Notes under the pieces: generated by a model
Told to the model about the DNA's origin: nothing
The model's input: only the letters and a program-made list of their open reading frames with translations
The model's database searches: none
Assembly (NCBI RefSeq): GCF_006345805.1
Contig: NC_043006.1
Span: forward strand, 15,748,001 to 15,812,000
DNA length: 64,000 bases
Direction: 5' to 3'
Source of the DNA: Octopus sinensis
Taxonomy: Eukaryota
Shown: piece by piece, positions 1-13,317 of the stretch
How the letters are laid out: every line of letters begins with the position of its first letter
How positions within the stretch are numbered: the stretch's first letter is position 1
Program-made: the position numbers and the translations under genes

Positions 1-2035
1 TATTGACACAACTTTGAAATAATATAGATTGCTAAATATTTTATAAGTAAAACTGAAAGCTATAAAGCAGTAATATGTCAAAGAGCAAGGGTTGTAATGA
101 AAATTCCAACGGTGGTTTAAGTGTTACAGCTCGGCGGTGTTTGAAGTCACTCACTTTGGTGTTCGATGCAATACGATGCAACAAGTAGTAGTTGTAAACA
201 AATACCTAAGCCGTGGTTGTAACAACAAAGCGCAACCTACTTTTGGATATATTGTAACAGTTAAGAGATTGTACAGCTCAGCAGTTGCTGTAATGAAGCA
301 CCTCAGCAGTGTTTCATGACGTAGTGTTGATATATTGAGAGACGAAGATAGTTAATATGACATCTCAAATATAATTTATTAAGCGGCTTTCTTCCTTATC
401 TTACAGAGGTAGTCTTATAGAGAAAAGTTAAGTCACACACAATCTCCTTTACTTCTCGGTAAGCGTTCAATGAAAACTCCCTTGTTTAGCGATTTTTATT
501 TTGCCTGAACGCAATCTGTTTGATTCTAGACATTCATAAAAGAAAAATAAACGAGAGATATAAATAAAGGAAATGCTAATATCAGCAATCCAGTGATATA
601 TTTTTTGTCTTTACGATTTAAAAAGAGGCAACCTCCAACAGGCTGTGAGGTATTTCTTAGACACACCCCTTGTGGCTTAGTAACAGGAAGAAAAGGGTTC
701 GTTTGAGATTTTACAGGGTCTCAGAAATTTGCATAAACAATGAGGAAGTTTTATTCCTACCGAAGAGTTTACTGGAATAGTTACAGCACTGTGTACTTGT
801 CTAAAGTCATTCAAGAACCACATGGTGGTGTTAAGCAGACAAATAGAAAACGGATGTCATTCTCCGAGTATAGGGAATGTTCTCGAAGAGTCCCTCAAAG
901 TTTCCGTTGACTAAGGTTTTCACAGGTCGCCTCCGGGGTATTTTATTAGACACTTTTCGAAAGGTACTGCTCAAAGCGATCGAACCATATCTGTGAAGTT
1001 TACTTTCAAACCACTACGGACATGGTACATCAAATTCTCCTCAAAAGTAGACAGGATGAAAATCTGCGAACGATTTGCATTTTGAATTTGATATAAAATT
1101 ACATGAAAATGAAATTCGTTGATTTCCTCTCAACACATTAACACACCTCAAAAGCACACTTCAAACAAATGTACAAACAAAATATCCCCCCTCAAGCAAT
1201 ATATAAACAACATAAATGCAATTCATTATGGAAAATCACGGCAAATATTTCAATAAGATGACAATCGGATTAAAAATGAAAAAAATCCCATAGTATTTCA
1301 GTTTATTAGTTATAATTTTCCGTTCGTTTCATTGTGCTTTAGTAAATTAATATCGAAGACGGATTCATGATTCTATTATAAAATATGTGAACTATTTATT
1401 TTGTACTCTAGAGAGCCCTTTTATTGAATTTAGATCATTTCAAAGCCAGCTCTAAAGAGCAGGAATGACGAAATATTGTTTCAAAAAGGAAATAATAATC
1501 AAAATGTCTCGACAGTAATAAAATATTCTATGACGTACATAATTAATAATTTTGAAGCAGGGAGCATAGATTTTTTGACTCGAACTTAGCATGTTAACTG
1601 GAGGTGGAAAAGTAGGGTACTACAAGACATATAGTCGCACACAAACATTTTCCAGGTTTCCAGTTATCCCCCATACCATCCACGCTGCTACAAGTTCCCA
1701 GAGTAGATTTCTTTGACACGCCACTAGCGACCACTTCTCCCTCTAGTCATTTCAATATGCACTAACCGTCTTACTAAAACATGTTTCTCTTTTTCTCTCT
1801 CCTTTTTTTTCACTCCTTAACCCCAAAACGTAAAAGACTTTTCTTCTATTTTCCGGAGCGTAAAGGCTTAATATAATTATTTTGTATGTTTTTTTTTCTC
1901 TCGCATTCATGCTTGCGTTTCTCTTTGCACCATATATGTAAGCATGTATATACGCATGCGCGTGTGTATGCATACCTGTATGCATATACATGTACATGTG
2001 TATATATGTATATATATATATGTATATATGTATAT

Positions 2036-2122
<87 letters not shown>

Positions 2123-2155
2123 ATAATATATATATATATAGATAGATAGATATAT

Positions 2156-2572
2156 GGCGCAAGAGTGGCTGTGTGGTAAGTAGCTTGCTAACCAACCACA
2201 TGGTTCCGGGTTCAGTCCCACTGCGTGGCATCTTCGGCAAGTGTCTTCTGCTATAGCCCCGGGCCGACCAATGCCTTGTGAGTGGATTTGGTAGACGGAA
2301 ACTGAAAGAAGCCTGTCGTATATACATATATAATATATATGTGTGCGTGTGTGTTTGTGTGTCTGTGTTTGTCCCCCTAGCATTGCTTGACAACCGATGC
2401 TGGTGTGTTTACGTCCCCGTCACCTAGCGGTTCGGCAAAAGAGACCGATAGAATAAGTACTGGGCTTACAAAGAATAAGTCCCGGGGTCGATTTGCTCGA
2501 CTAAAGGCGGTGCTCCAGCATGGCCGCAGTCAAATGACTGAAACAAGTAAAAGAGTAAAAGAGTAAAGAGAG
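2156..2572 (+). mobile_element. tRNA-derived SINE, family A (full length, internal TA/TG microsatellite)
   Basis: A-box-like TGGCTGTGTGG and B-box-like GGTTCAGTCC; tail ends in (GTAAAAGA)n; near-identical copies at 42818-43224 and 44576-44990. Confidence 0.9.
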
Positions 2573-2587
2573 AATATATATATATAT

Positions 2588-2668
2588 AGTAATCCCTCGA
2601 CTATCGCGGGTTTTACGTTCCAAAATACCCCGCTCTAGGTTAAAATCCACGACGTAGAAACAGTACTA
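2588..2668. mobile_element. Terminal fragment of pogo/Tigger-type MITE
   Basis: AGTAATCCCTCGACTATCGCGGG matches the TIR of the complete copy at 12409-12644. Confidence 0.6.
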
Positions 2669-2672
2669 TACA

Positions 2673-2790
2673 GAGTTCCGGGTTCAGTCCCGCTGAGTGA
2701 CACCTTGGGCAAGTGTCTCCTACTATAACCTCAGGCCGACCACAACCTTGTGAGTGGATTTGGTAGACGGAAACTGAAAGAATCTCGTCG
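2673..2790 (+). mobile_element. SINE-A partial copy
   Basis: Homologous to roughly 2205-2320 (CCGGGTTCAGTCCC...GGAAACTGAAAGAA). Confidence 0.8.
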
Positions 2791-2798
2791 TATATATA

Positions 2799-2863
<65 letters not shown>

Positions 2864-3072
2864 CGCGCGTGTATGTGTGTGTTGTTTTTCAATGTTTACA
2901 AATAACACGGAAAAAATGAATAAATAGTTTCTAGGGTAGCAAAAATTCCCAGACGTACCAAGGATGTAACAGCCTACTTATAAAGGTAGAAATTTCAGGT
3001 TTTGGAGAAATGTTTTTGTACCACATAGATAAATAAATGGAGTTAAACGCATGTGTTATTCAAATCGTTTTA

Positions 3073-3160
3073 CTTCCGACATATGTTTCGAAGAAAAAAG
3101 TGGTATTATTCCAGAAGGAATAAAATGATGTAAAACAATGCAATCTTCTCATCAGGGAAA
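3073..3160 (-). ncRNA. Type I hammerhead ribozyme motif with enlarged stem II
   Basis: Minus strand: TTTCC-CTGATGA-GAAGA...TCTTC-GAAAC-ATAT-GTC^GGAAG; 7-bp hairpin at 3106-3123 inside loop II. Confidence 0.7.
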
Positions 3161-3519
3161 GAAAGAAACCAAACACATCAGTAAGACATTTTAACAGAAT
3201 CTTATGACTGCGTATAGGATGAAGGGAATGCTAGTAAGTTCTGTTTTAAAAAACCGCAAATAGATATAGCGTCAAAGGCAGTTTATAGAAAGAGGAGGAG
3301 AAAGAAAGAAATTAGCAGAAAACTAATAGTGGAGAGATATAGAGCGATGGGTGAATAGGAATAAAGCATGAAGGCTTGGAAGTAGATATATTTAGTGGAA
3401 GTGATGTTTTCTCACTTCATCAGTACTAGAGACTAAAACAAATAGATTACTTCTCTTAGCTGATTTTGTGGCAGAATGAAAAAAATACTAAAAGCCTACT
3501 ATAGAGCTGTGTACACACA

Positions 3520-3567
<48 letters not shown>

Positions 3568-3993
3568 TCACGCCATTCTGAACTCTAAGACCAGTCCCCA
3601 AAACCACTGAACCATGACCCACTAGACCAGAAACAAAAAACTCCTTTCGATTCCACATTGCTATTCCCCCAACCAACCTCCCACACTATCTCTTAAAATA
3701 GAAAACATTCCTGAGCTACACACAAGAAAGAAAATGTCAGTTATTCCTCTCCAATTTTTGTAAATTCTTAAATATATCTCCTTCTGTATATATATATATA
3801 TATTTAGCAATTAAGGACAACTACTAAATTTTTATTCCGAAAAAACTTTTCCTCTCCCGAAATGCAATTCGTAAAAGTTTGCCATTCATCCGGATATAGT
3901 ATATATAAATTCACACATGTGCTTCGTTGATGTTGATCAGTTAGCTGATCGGCTTAAGCGAAGCAGGGTCGTTGTTTATTTATAGTATATTCA

Positions 3994-4039
3994 GGCCTGC
4001 TGATGATTACGTAAGTATGAAATCACTGTGATACAGGTC
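3994..4039 (+). ncRNA. Type I hammerhead ribozyme motif, U.U-closed stem II
   Basis: GGCCTG-CTGATGA-T-TAC-GTAA-GTA-T-GAAA-TCA-CTG-TGA-TA^CAGGTC; all three stems pair. Confidence 0.7.
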
Positions 4040-4186
4040 TATATATTTTTAAATGTCTTTCTTTGAAAAATTGCATTCGGTAGGATTAGTAATATTTTTG
4101 GTAGAAATGACTGATTGTCCCTCTTAGCGTATGGCGTGTATGTAGAATGCCTCCTGGCATGTATGTATAATGCCCTCTATATATAA

Positions 4187-4226
<40 letters not shown>

Positions 4227-4495
4227 CTAGCACACAAATACGATTTTTTATTGAACTCAAAATACTTATTGTATTCCCTTCCTTGAACACTTTCATGTAA
4301 ACTGTTTTTAACATTTTCTTATCATTATCAAAGACTGTATAATTATATTTTAATACTTTCGTGATGACAACTTTTTAACACAACAAAGCTTATAGAAAGC
4401 TTTACATTTTAATTTTGATAATCTTTTTCTAAAAAAGTGAAACCGGTCAAGTCAATAAACGACTCTAAATGACCTTTGCCTTTTCAAACATTCTG

Positions 4496-4529
<34 letters not shown>

Positions 4530-4620
4530 GTGTGTGTGTGTGTGTGTGTGTGGTGTGTGTGGTGTGTGTGTGTGTGTGTGTGTGTGTATAATTATTTATA
4601 TATATATATATATATATATA

Positions 4621-4658
<38 letters not shown>

Positions 4659-4675
4659 TATATATATATAATTAT

Positions 4676-4862
4676 TTAGGACGCCATGATAGATCGTTAG
4701 CTACTGCACGCATTTTTTTCTCCTTGATTCTCTCCTTGTTTTTTCTGTGTATCTTTCTGTCGAAGAGCGTAGGCTCGAAACGTAAAAGACTTTTTTTCTA
4801 TTCCTGAGCGCTATACTAATACACCTGTGCTCGTCTTTTGTTTTTTCGTAAACTTTCCCTTT
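4676..4862 (+). mobile_element. Short dispersed repeat (probably PLE-derived) with A6U hammerhead-like motif
   Basis: Copies at 12898-13075 (-) and 25028-25152 (-); motif at 4752-4789: TCTTT-CTGTCGA-A-GAGC-GTAG-GCTC-GAAACGTA^AAAGA. Confidence 0.7.
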
Positions 4863-4872
4863 ATATATAATG

Positions 4873-4922
<50 letters not shown>

Positions 4923-5209
4923 AATAGAGAGAGAGAGAGAGAGGGGAGAAGAAAGTGGAGGAAAAATAAACGGATGTGCCTTTTGCGCTAGTAATCCATT
5001 ATTTAATTAGTAAATAAAAGTGAGAATGAGAGTGAAGTTGTTTACGATCGATTCTGTTTACTATGGAGAAGAAAATATATATTTGTATATTTGTGACGTT
5101 ACCAATAGTAGACATCTTCAGAACGAAGAAGCCAGAGGTAGAAAGAAGAAGAGTGAAAGATCAATGGTTACATCGGAAAAGAGATCAAACATTCGAGTGT
5201 CTTACGTTA

Positions 5210-6513
5210 TATCAAGTCATCTGATAAGTTCTGTCTGAATTGTGAATAAAGAAAAACAAGTGATCAAATGTTATATTTAATTGAAATTTAATCATCATTG
5301 TACTTTCCTTGATTATCTATGACTTCCTTCCATCTATTTACAAGGTTTTTAATCGCATCAATGTAAAACTCTTTTGGTTCCAAAGCGAAGAACTCTGAAA
5401 TGTCAGTTTCGACCTCCTCCTGGTTTGCAAAAGTTATGTCCCCCAAATGATTCTATAAACTACGAACTAATGGTAGTTTGAAGGACCAAGGTCGGGAGAA
5501 TAAGGTGGATGAGGAATTTTTTTCCAACCAAGCCCTTCGATCTTCTGTGATATGATCTTTGCAGTGTGGGGTCGCGCATTCTCCTGATGAAGCATCACAC
5601 CTTTCCGATTCACTAAAGCAGGTCTTTTTTCTTCAAAGCTTGGTTCAAACGCTCTAATTGCTGACAGTAGACTTGAGCATTGATTGTTGCATTACGTGGT
5701 AACAATTCAAAGTGAATTACTCCTTTGCAATCCCACCAGATAGAGAAGAACCTTTTTCCCATGAAGTTCCCTTCTCGGTTGTTGTTGTTGTTGTTGAGCT
5801 TTTTCCCTTTTACAAAGCCACTGTTTTCAACGTTTAACATTTCGATAGAAGATCCATTTATCGTCACCAGTCACAAATCTAGCCAAAAATTGTGAAATGA
5901 GTTCGCGAGAATAGAGAGAAGAGCAGATGCCAACTTAGGATTTGCGGTTGCTTTCGGACAATTCGTGAGGCACCCATTTTCCAAGTTTAGGAACCTTTCC
6001 AAGTTTTTGGAAAATGTTGATGAACAGTTGTATGGTTTGAACTAATCTTTATTGCCAATTCTTCAACTGACAATGCAGGATTGTCTTCAAAGAATGCCTC
6101 AAGGAGCTTATCATCAAACTCAACTGGACGTCCTGTTTGATCTTATCTTCACGGCTGAAATCTCCATTTCTGGATTTTGCAAACCATCTTCTCTTTTGCA
6201 AGTTCTTTCATTCAAGCATTCTTTCCCATAAACTGAGTGTGATTTGAGTCGCTTCAGCTGCAGAGGCTCCTTTTTTCTGGTACTCATAAAAAATTATGTG
6301 CCTTAAATACTCTTTGGATACTTCCATGTCAGAAAGAGTTTTAATCAAAGAAATTTTAATTCTATTATTCTCTAAAATAATATTTAATTAGTTTAAAGGT
6401 ACACAAATACATAACAATAATGTTTAATTCTATTAGACATTCTAAAATACTATTAAATTTCATTCAATTTTACAAAAGGTAAAATCGGACAGAACTTATG
6501 GGATGACCTGATA
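5210..6513 (-). mobile_element. Full-length (~1.3 kb) decayed mariner transposon
   Basis: Imperfect TIRs TATCA(A/G)GTCATC..ATAAGTTCTGTC at both ends, TA flanks; translated motifs WVPHEL, VTGDDKW, WWDCKGVIHFELL, HQENARPHTAK, HPPYSPDLGPSNYH with frameshifts. Confidence 0.92.
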
Positions 6514-6574
6514 TATATATATAATATATATATATTATATATATATATTATATATATATATATGTATATATATG

Positions 6575-6610
<36 letters not shown>

Positions 6611-6664
6611 TGTATGTAGTATGTATGTGTGCGTGTGTGTGCGTATGCGTATTTATACATACAC

Positions 6665-6708
<44 letters not shown>

Positions 6709-6852
6709 GCATGCATTTATAAAGATACATGCACACATAGATACTTGACTTCATAAATGTATATTATATGAGTCATGAACAACATATTTTGTTATTCTCT
6801 TGATTATGCCCCAATTATGCTGTTAATTGAGCAATACGTCTCGATTTATTAG

Positions 6853-6906
6853 TCAAAGACTCTGAAGGTCTCTTGAAAACACATTAATGGAAATCGTCTC
6901 ATTGAT
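6853..6906 (-). CDS. Candidate terminal exon (INETISINVFSRDLQSL*)
   Basis: tatacag acceptor, open frame to TGA followed by AATAAA; joins in frame to 7312-7337; no homology recognised. Confidence 0.2.
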   Translation of the reverse strand: MNETISINVFSRDLQSL

Positions 6907-7311
6907 CTGTATACACACATATACAATTATTTATCTCATTGTAGTATATTATTTCATATTTTATCAACGTTTACTAACATACAATCTCACCTTATACTTG
7001 TATAAATAGTACAATGATTGCATCCCAAAGATATTGTGGTTCTCTTTTTATATTTATTCAATATTTATTGTTTTTTAATAGACATTTTAAATCTTTTTAT
7101 TACGGCATTTCAATAGTAGTAGTAGTAGTAGTAGTAGTAATGATAAATATAATTGCTCTTTAAATATTTAACGTATTTTTCTTTTCTATTTTCTGTCAAG
7201 GTTTCTTTTTTAAATTTATAGAATTGTAATAATTAATATGTTGACGTAGATGATGTCGCGTAAGTCTGAAGCATTAGAAGACAAAAGTAAGGTATTTGCA
7301 TTATCACTTAC

Positions 7312-7337
7312 ATTCCGTACCATTTCAAACTGGATAC
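7312..7337 (-). CDS. Candidate 26-nt micro-exon (GIQFEMVRN)
   Basis: cag acceptor (weak pyrimidine tract) and gtaagt donor. Confidence 0.2.
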
Positions 7338-8458
7338 CTGTTCATATGATATACATACATACATACATACATACATACATACATACATACATACATAATA
7401 TATAAGCATTATGTTATATATAAATATTGATAGAACGACAAATGCTATTCTTTTCACATACATTACAGGCAAAATTATAAAAATCAAGAAATATATGGGA
7501 ATATGGATATTTCTATGCTGAAGTGGAGAGAAATAAATAAATAAATATGATAAACAAATCAGAACAGTTAGAGGACAGCATGAGTGGGTGGGGAGAATAA
7601 CGAATTTTAAAGCCATAAATTATTTATGCTTGTGGTTATATGGGGTTATATATAAATATGTTAAAATATTTTCAAAGATCGATCAGGATGTTTAATATAA
7701 AATGAAACATTCGATATCATGCGCTGCATATCGAACTAGCCAAAATATTCAATCACAACATTTTTTATGGCATTTGAATACTTTGAACTGTCATCAATTC
7801 ACCGATCGCTTAATATGGATTTCAACTTTCATATTTTATATTGCTTCGCTAAAAAATTCTCTTAAGATGATTTTAAGCACAATTCAAGTTCATAATTTTT
7901 TATGGGATAAAACTATTTAACTATTTATATTTTGCATAACAATGATTGCATATGGTCTGGAAGCGATTGAAAGAAAGTAACGAAGAAAAATTGTCGAGAC
8001 AAAATATTTTAACATTGAGCTTTTCTTATATTCTTATTCTGACTGCAATATCAGACTCACAATCAGCCTATTTGAAGGCAGATATTTAAATACTATTACA
8101 TTTCTTTTAACTGGAAATGGCAGAAGAAACCTCTTCGTAATCAAGGGTCAAGAAATGTTCTTTACTTTTGCAATGATGCATTAATGAATTGGGTGATCTT
8201 AAAAAAAATATATGAATGACACAACGTCCACTTTCCCCCCAGGGCTTTGCGTCAAGCGAAATAACGTTGACATCGTCTGCATCTTAGCAGAATATCACAC
8301 CCAAATCACTAAAAAATTTATTTTAGATCGGGTCAAATTCCAAGGAAAATCTTACTGTGATTTGATTTAAAACTCTTGCAGGCACAGAGGAAGTAAACGT
8401 CATGTATGAGGGATAATCTAAGCTTGCTCTAAAATCATTCCATCATATTACCAAAATA

Positions 8459-8533
<75 letters not shown>

Positions 8534-8983
8534 CAATAATTAAGGGTTTAGTAACAAGTTGCTTCACCACATACCGAAAATTTAGAAATAGCCGCCAAAA
8601 GACCGTTATTTCTTTTCGCTACAAAATATGACTCCACAGATAACAACATCTGTAACTCACATAGGTAACGAGAAGGAAAATAGTGAAATCAAACAGTGTT
8701 TGATTAATTATGGACGCTTTTCTGGATTAGAATTATAAAAATTCATTTCCTTTGACAACGTAATATTTCGAGAATTATAAATTTGAAAATGCTAGAAAAC
8801 GTACCCTTTGCATTTCTGACCAAGCGCCATCAGAACATAACACAAGGTAGTCAGCATATCCAAATTTATACAGACGAGTGAAATTCATATTTTCCCTCCA
8901 AGTTTACCATGTGCGTCACAAGATAGTACCGCAGAAAGAGATTCGCAGCTTTTTGTTACCATGGAGTGAAATAATCATTCACT

Positions 8984-9023
<40 letters not shown>

Positions 9024-9033
9024 ATATAGAAGG

Positions 9034-9084
9034 AGCTTCTACAGGACTAGAACTGTTTCATTCAAGAGAAATCTTCAGGAAGCT
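9034..9084 (-). ncRNA. Type I hammerhead ribozyme motif, U.U-closed stem II
   Basis: AGCTTC-CTGAAGA-T-TTC-TCTT-GAA-T-GAAACAG-TTCTAGTC-CTGTA^GAAGCT; 6-bp stem I, 4-bp stem III. Confidence 0.7.
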
Positions 9085-9365
9085 AGTTAACAAGAATTGT
9101 ATTGGCATTTATACATTTAGGCAGGTTTAACGGGGTGTTGGTGGGGGACTTTTTTTGGGGTCGGCATAGCGCAAAATATCATACTTGGGGGAGTGGTCAA
9201 GGAGTCAGTGTTAAATTAGATAGAAGAATAAATAAAAAAATAAAAAAATAAAAAAATAAAATAAAAAAATTTAAAAACCTATATATAAAAAGAACCTATA
9301 TATAAAAAAAAGGGGGAATAGAGTTTTAGGTAAATAAGGAGATTCTCACTTATACCTCTGCACAC

Positions 9366-10163
9366 ATGTATACATACACACACATACAAACATATATACA
9401 TATACATACACACATACATACACACACATATATATACATATATATACACTTACCCATACACATACATATACATATCTACACATACACATATATGTATACA
9501 TACACACACTCACATGCATACACGTATACACACATGTATATATACACACACGACCTCACATACATATACGCACAGAAAAATATATATACACATACACACA
9601 CATACTCACATACACGCATACACACACATATCCACACACACACATGCACACACAGCACACTAGTCCCTATATACACATATATACACATACACACACATAT
9701 ACACACACATACATACATATACATACATGTATATATATACATATGTGTACCTATGCAAACCTACACATACACACATATATATACACATACAAATACAGAC
9801 CCATTCCCTAATTTTAATTTTATTATCTTCGTTTATTACTTTTGTTATCTTTGGCCGCTTGGTCACAAACATCTTGGCTATGACAGCCAGTCCATTTATC
9901 TGTCTACTGGAAAACAAGCACTCATTCACTCACGCACACTCTTTAGCACGTACTCTCACTCATTCGTACACTCATACACATACACGCACGCACGCGTTAT
10001 ATTCATACATACATCCATCTACATACATTCACGTATATACACATACGTACGCGTACCTACAGATTTATGTCTACACTCTTAGAAGGCTAGTCTATATATA
10101 TACACCAATAAATATAAATACACACACATACATATACACCTACATACAAATACATACATGTAT

Positions 10164-10207
<44 letters not shown>

Positions 10208-10504
10208 CGTATATATATACACATATATACACATTCACACATATACACACACATACGCATACACACACATGTACATATATATACACTACACGCACATACA
10301 CATGTACATGCGTACCCATACACACACACACACACGCGCGCCTCCTTATATTCATACTTACATGCATACTCAAAAAATAAGTAAATAGTAAAATATATAT
10401 ACGCGCAGTTATTCGTACATGCGTACTCAAAAAATAAATAATAAATATTAAGTATATGTACGTGCAGTTACCTATTATATAGACGGATACATACATATAA
10501 ACTT

Positions 10505-10551
<47 letters not shown>

Positions 10552-10797
10552 CATACATATATACACATACACATACACATACATATATACATACACATAT
10601 ATATACACACACACACATACACATACATATATACATATATATACATACTTACACACATGTACATATAAATACACACATAGATAACTCTACGTACCTACAT
10701 ATGCATAAACACACGAGCGTACGCGCATATTTACATATACACATACACATACATATACATATATATATATTAACATACATGCATATACACACATTGC

Positions 10798-10854
<57 letters not shown>

Positions 10855-10860
10855 GTATAT
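9366..10860. repeat. Long compound CA/TA/CATA microsatellite region
   Basis: Degenerate dinucleotide repeats; source of many spurious HT/YI/CV ORFs. Confidence 0.95.
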
Positions 10861-10922
10861 TTACATATGTATAAATCTCATGATTAATATGAATATGTAT
10901 ACATATTATGTATAGAATATTA

Positions 10923-11211
10923 GGAAGCACTCTGTCGGTTACGACGACGAGGGTCCCAGCTGGTACGATCAACAGAACAGCTTGCTCGTTAAATTAACGT
11001 ACAAGTGGCTGAGAATGCCACATACACACGTATCCTTCAGCTTGATACAGAGTGTGACAAGGCTGGCCGTTTGAAATACAGGTACTACTAGTTTTTACCA
11101 GCTGAGTGGACTGGAGCAACGTGAAATAAAGTGTTTTGCTCAAGGACACAACGCGTGGACGGGAATTGAGCTTATAACGTTACGATCGTGAGCCAAATGC
11201 CCTAACCACTA
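10923..11211 (-). mobile_element. SINE group C (CORE-like centre, tail T1)
   Basis: Decayed tRNA-like head, TTGAGCAAAACACTTTATTTCACGTTGCTCCAGTCCACTCAGCTG centre, tail shared with 38531-38911. Confidence 0.8.
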
Positions 11212-11288
11212 CATAATATACATAATATATACATATATGCATATATACATAGTTAATATACATAGATATATACATACACAGTGATCAT

Positions 11289-11566
11289 TGTTACAGCATG
11301 TCGCTGGCAAACGCGGATCTTGGCTATCACTCCAATGCGCAGGTGCGCGCGGATGACCTGACCCAAGCAGCTGGAAACCGACCGGTCCCTCATCCAGTAA
11401 GCTACTGGAGAGTAGTAGAGGTTCGGTCCCCCTACTAGCGGTGTCTCGTATATAAGGGTGCAGCTGGCAGGGAATCCAACTGGAGTTAAACTAGTAGTAA
11501 AATACATCTGCCACTCTACTGTTTAGTATACGTTACAACTATATCTCTTCTTGAGATTCTATAACT
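11289..11566 (+). mobile_element. Possible solo LTR
   Basis: GC-rich island starting TGTTACA, with TATATAAG and downstream AGTAAA; no convincing TSD or intact terminal CA. Confidence 0.35.
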
Positions 11567-11579
11567 AGTTTATTGCGTG

Positions 11580-11632
<53 letters not shown>

Positions 11633-12408
11633 TATATATATATGCAACGCGAAAATGATGGTGTAAGTTTGTATGGGTATATATACATATATGAAAATAT
11701 GAAAATATATGAAATATCTAAATATAAATCTTTTCATGATATCAATTTTATTAAATTTCCAACAGGGATTTATCACTCAAAAGCTAAGTGCAGATTAGAA
11801 AGATCAGGTGAATTTCTCCCGAAAGGATCAAAACGAATGGCAAATGTAGTTTAGTTGACATTTCATTTTATATGATGCATGTCTTATATTTCAAATGCTC
11901 TCACGTGAACTACTCAAATATTTCCTCTTAAAGATTTTGCTGTTGTGGTTAATATTATTGTTAAATCAAGGCTAGCCCTGTCCAGCTAAACATATGACTG
12001 AATAATCGCTATACATTACGATCTACCGTTTACAGATATATCTCATTCCGACTATAATAGTAAAAATCTTCGTCTCTGTTTTAAATGCAGTGGATTTTAT
12101 TTTAGAGAAGATTTGGTTGCCATTTCTTGAAGTTTGAGTGGCCACATACAGTCGATACTCCATAATTTCGTCCTTTTAAAATTACAATTAAAACTCTGTG
12201 AGGTTAACTCGGTCCTGAATTTTTCATTCACATTTTATATTTTATATGCTTTATTAAATATTTTTGCCTTCGCGACCTTTTACAGTTATACAGCAACTTG
12301 AATGCTGAAAGTCCTAGAATAATGAGATTTGTAGCTGGTTGTGGCCCCAGCTGTCAAAAGAATTTTATGGGGTTTGAAACTGGAATCAAAGATTCTTCTA
12401 GACATCTA

Positions 12409-12644
12409 CAGTAATCTCTCGCCATATCGCGGTTCACCTATCGTGCACTCAGTACATCGCGGTTTACATATCGCACACTCAGTACATCGCGAATTTTTCT
12501 GGCTAATATATGTAAATCTATATCGCAGCTTCCTCAGTATATCGCAGATTTCTTAAGCCGATAGGTATTTATATTTTTTTAGATTTTCATTATTTCTGTG
12601 GGAGGTTTTAGAACGTAACACGCGCAATAGTCGAGGGATTACTC
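12409..12644. mobile_element. pogo/Tigger-type MITE (~236 bp)
   Basis: Imperfect TIRs CAGTAATCTCTCGCC / GTCGAGGGATTACTC flanked by TA on both sides. Confidence 0.75.
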
Positions 12645-12897
12645 TATATCCAAAGAGACCTGATTCATTTAGGCCTTATATATGTGATTGGTGGGGATGT
12701 TACTATACTCGAGTCAGCTATTTCTGAAAGACAGGATTTTACTTTTTATTTTTTAACTTTTATCTGTTTTATTCACTGGACTGGGGTCCTGTCTGAATAC
12801 CATCTTACACGGTTTAGTCAAACAAATCGAGTATAAAACTTACGATCTCTTTAAAGTTTGTTACTTATTCTTTCGGTTTCTTTTACCGAATCACTAG

Positions 12898-13070
12898 ACG
12901 AAGACAGGTGGTGTACAAAACAAACAGATGTATTAGTATAACGCTCAGGAATAGAAAAGTCTTTTACGTTTCGAGCCTACGCTCTTCTACAGAAAGGGAC
13001 CCAGAAAACAAGGAGAGAAACAAGGAGAGAGAAAAAATGTGTGTAGTGGCTAACGATCTATGGCCTAATC

Positions 13071-13075
<5 letters not shown>
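12898..13075 (-). mobile_element. Copy of the A6U hammerhead-like repeat
   Basis: Reverse complement of 4676-4862; motif at 12960-12997 with core CTGTAGA. Confidence 0.75.
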
Positions 13076-13152
<77 letters not shown>

Positions 13153-13159
13153 CATATCT

Positions 13160-13317
13160 ACAACGGGCTTTTAGGCAGTTCCCGTCTATCAAATTCACTC
13201 ACAAGGCATTGATCGACTCGGGGTAATAGCAAAAGACATCCAAGATGCCGGGCAGTGGGACTGAACCGGAAACCACGTGTTTGCAAATCCAGCTCCCCAA
13301 CCACAGAAACCATGCAG
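13160..13317 (-). mobile_element. SINE-A diverged 5' half
   Basis: Homologous to head and body of 2156-2320. Confidence 0.7.

Noticed and set aside
1752-2393. 213-aa ORF and similar ORFs at 42967 and 44543
   Set aside because: Antisense read-through of SINE-A plus TA repeats; the peptide similarity just reflects SINE copies
3385-3425. CTGATGA plus hairpin on the minus strand
   Set aside because: No GAAA follows stem II; at most a decayed remnant
9346-10972. Many long HT/YI/CV-rich ORFs (also at 30.4-30.9 kb, 36.9 kb and 62.7 kb)
   Set aside because: Stop-free frames of dinucleotide microsatellites
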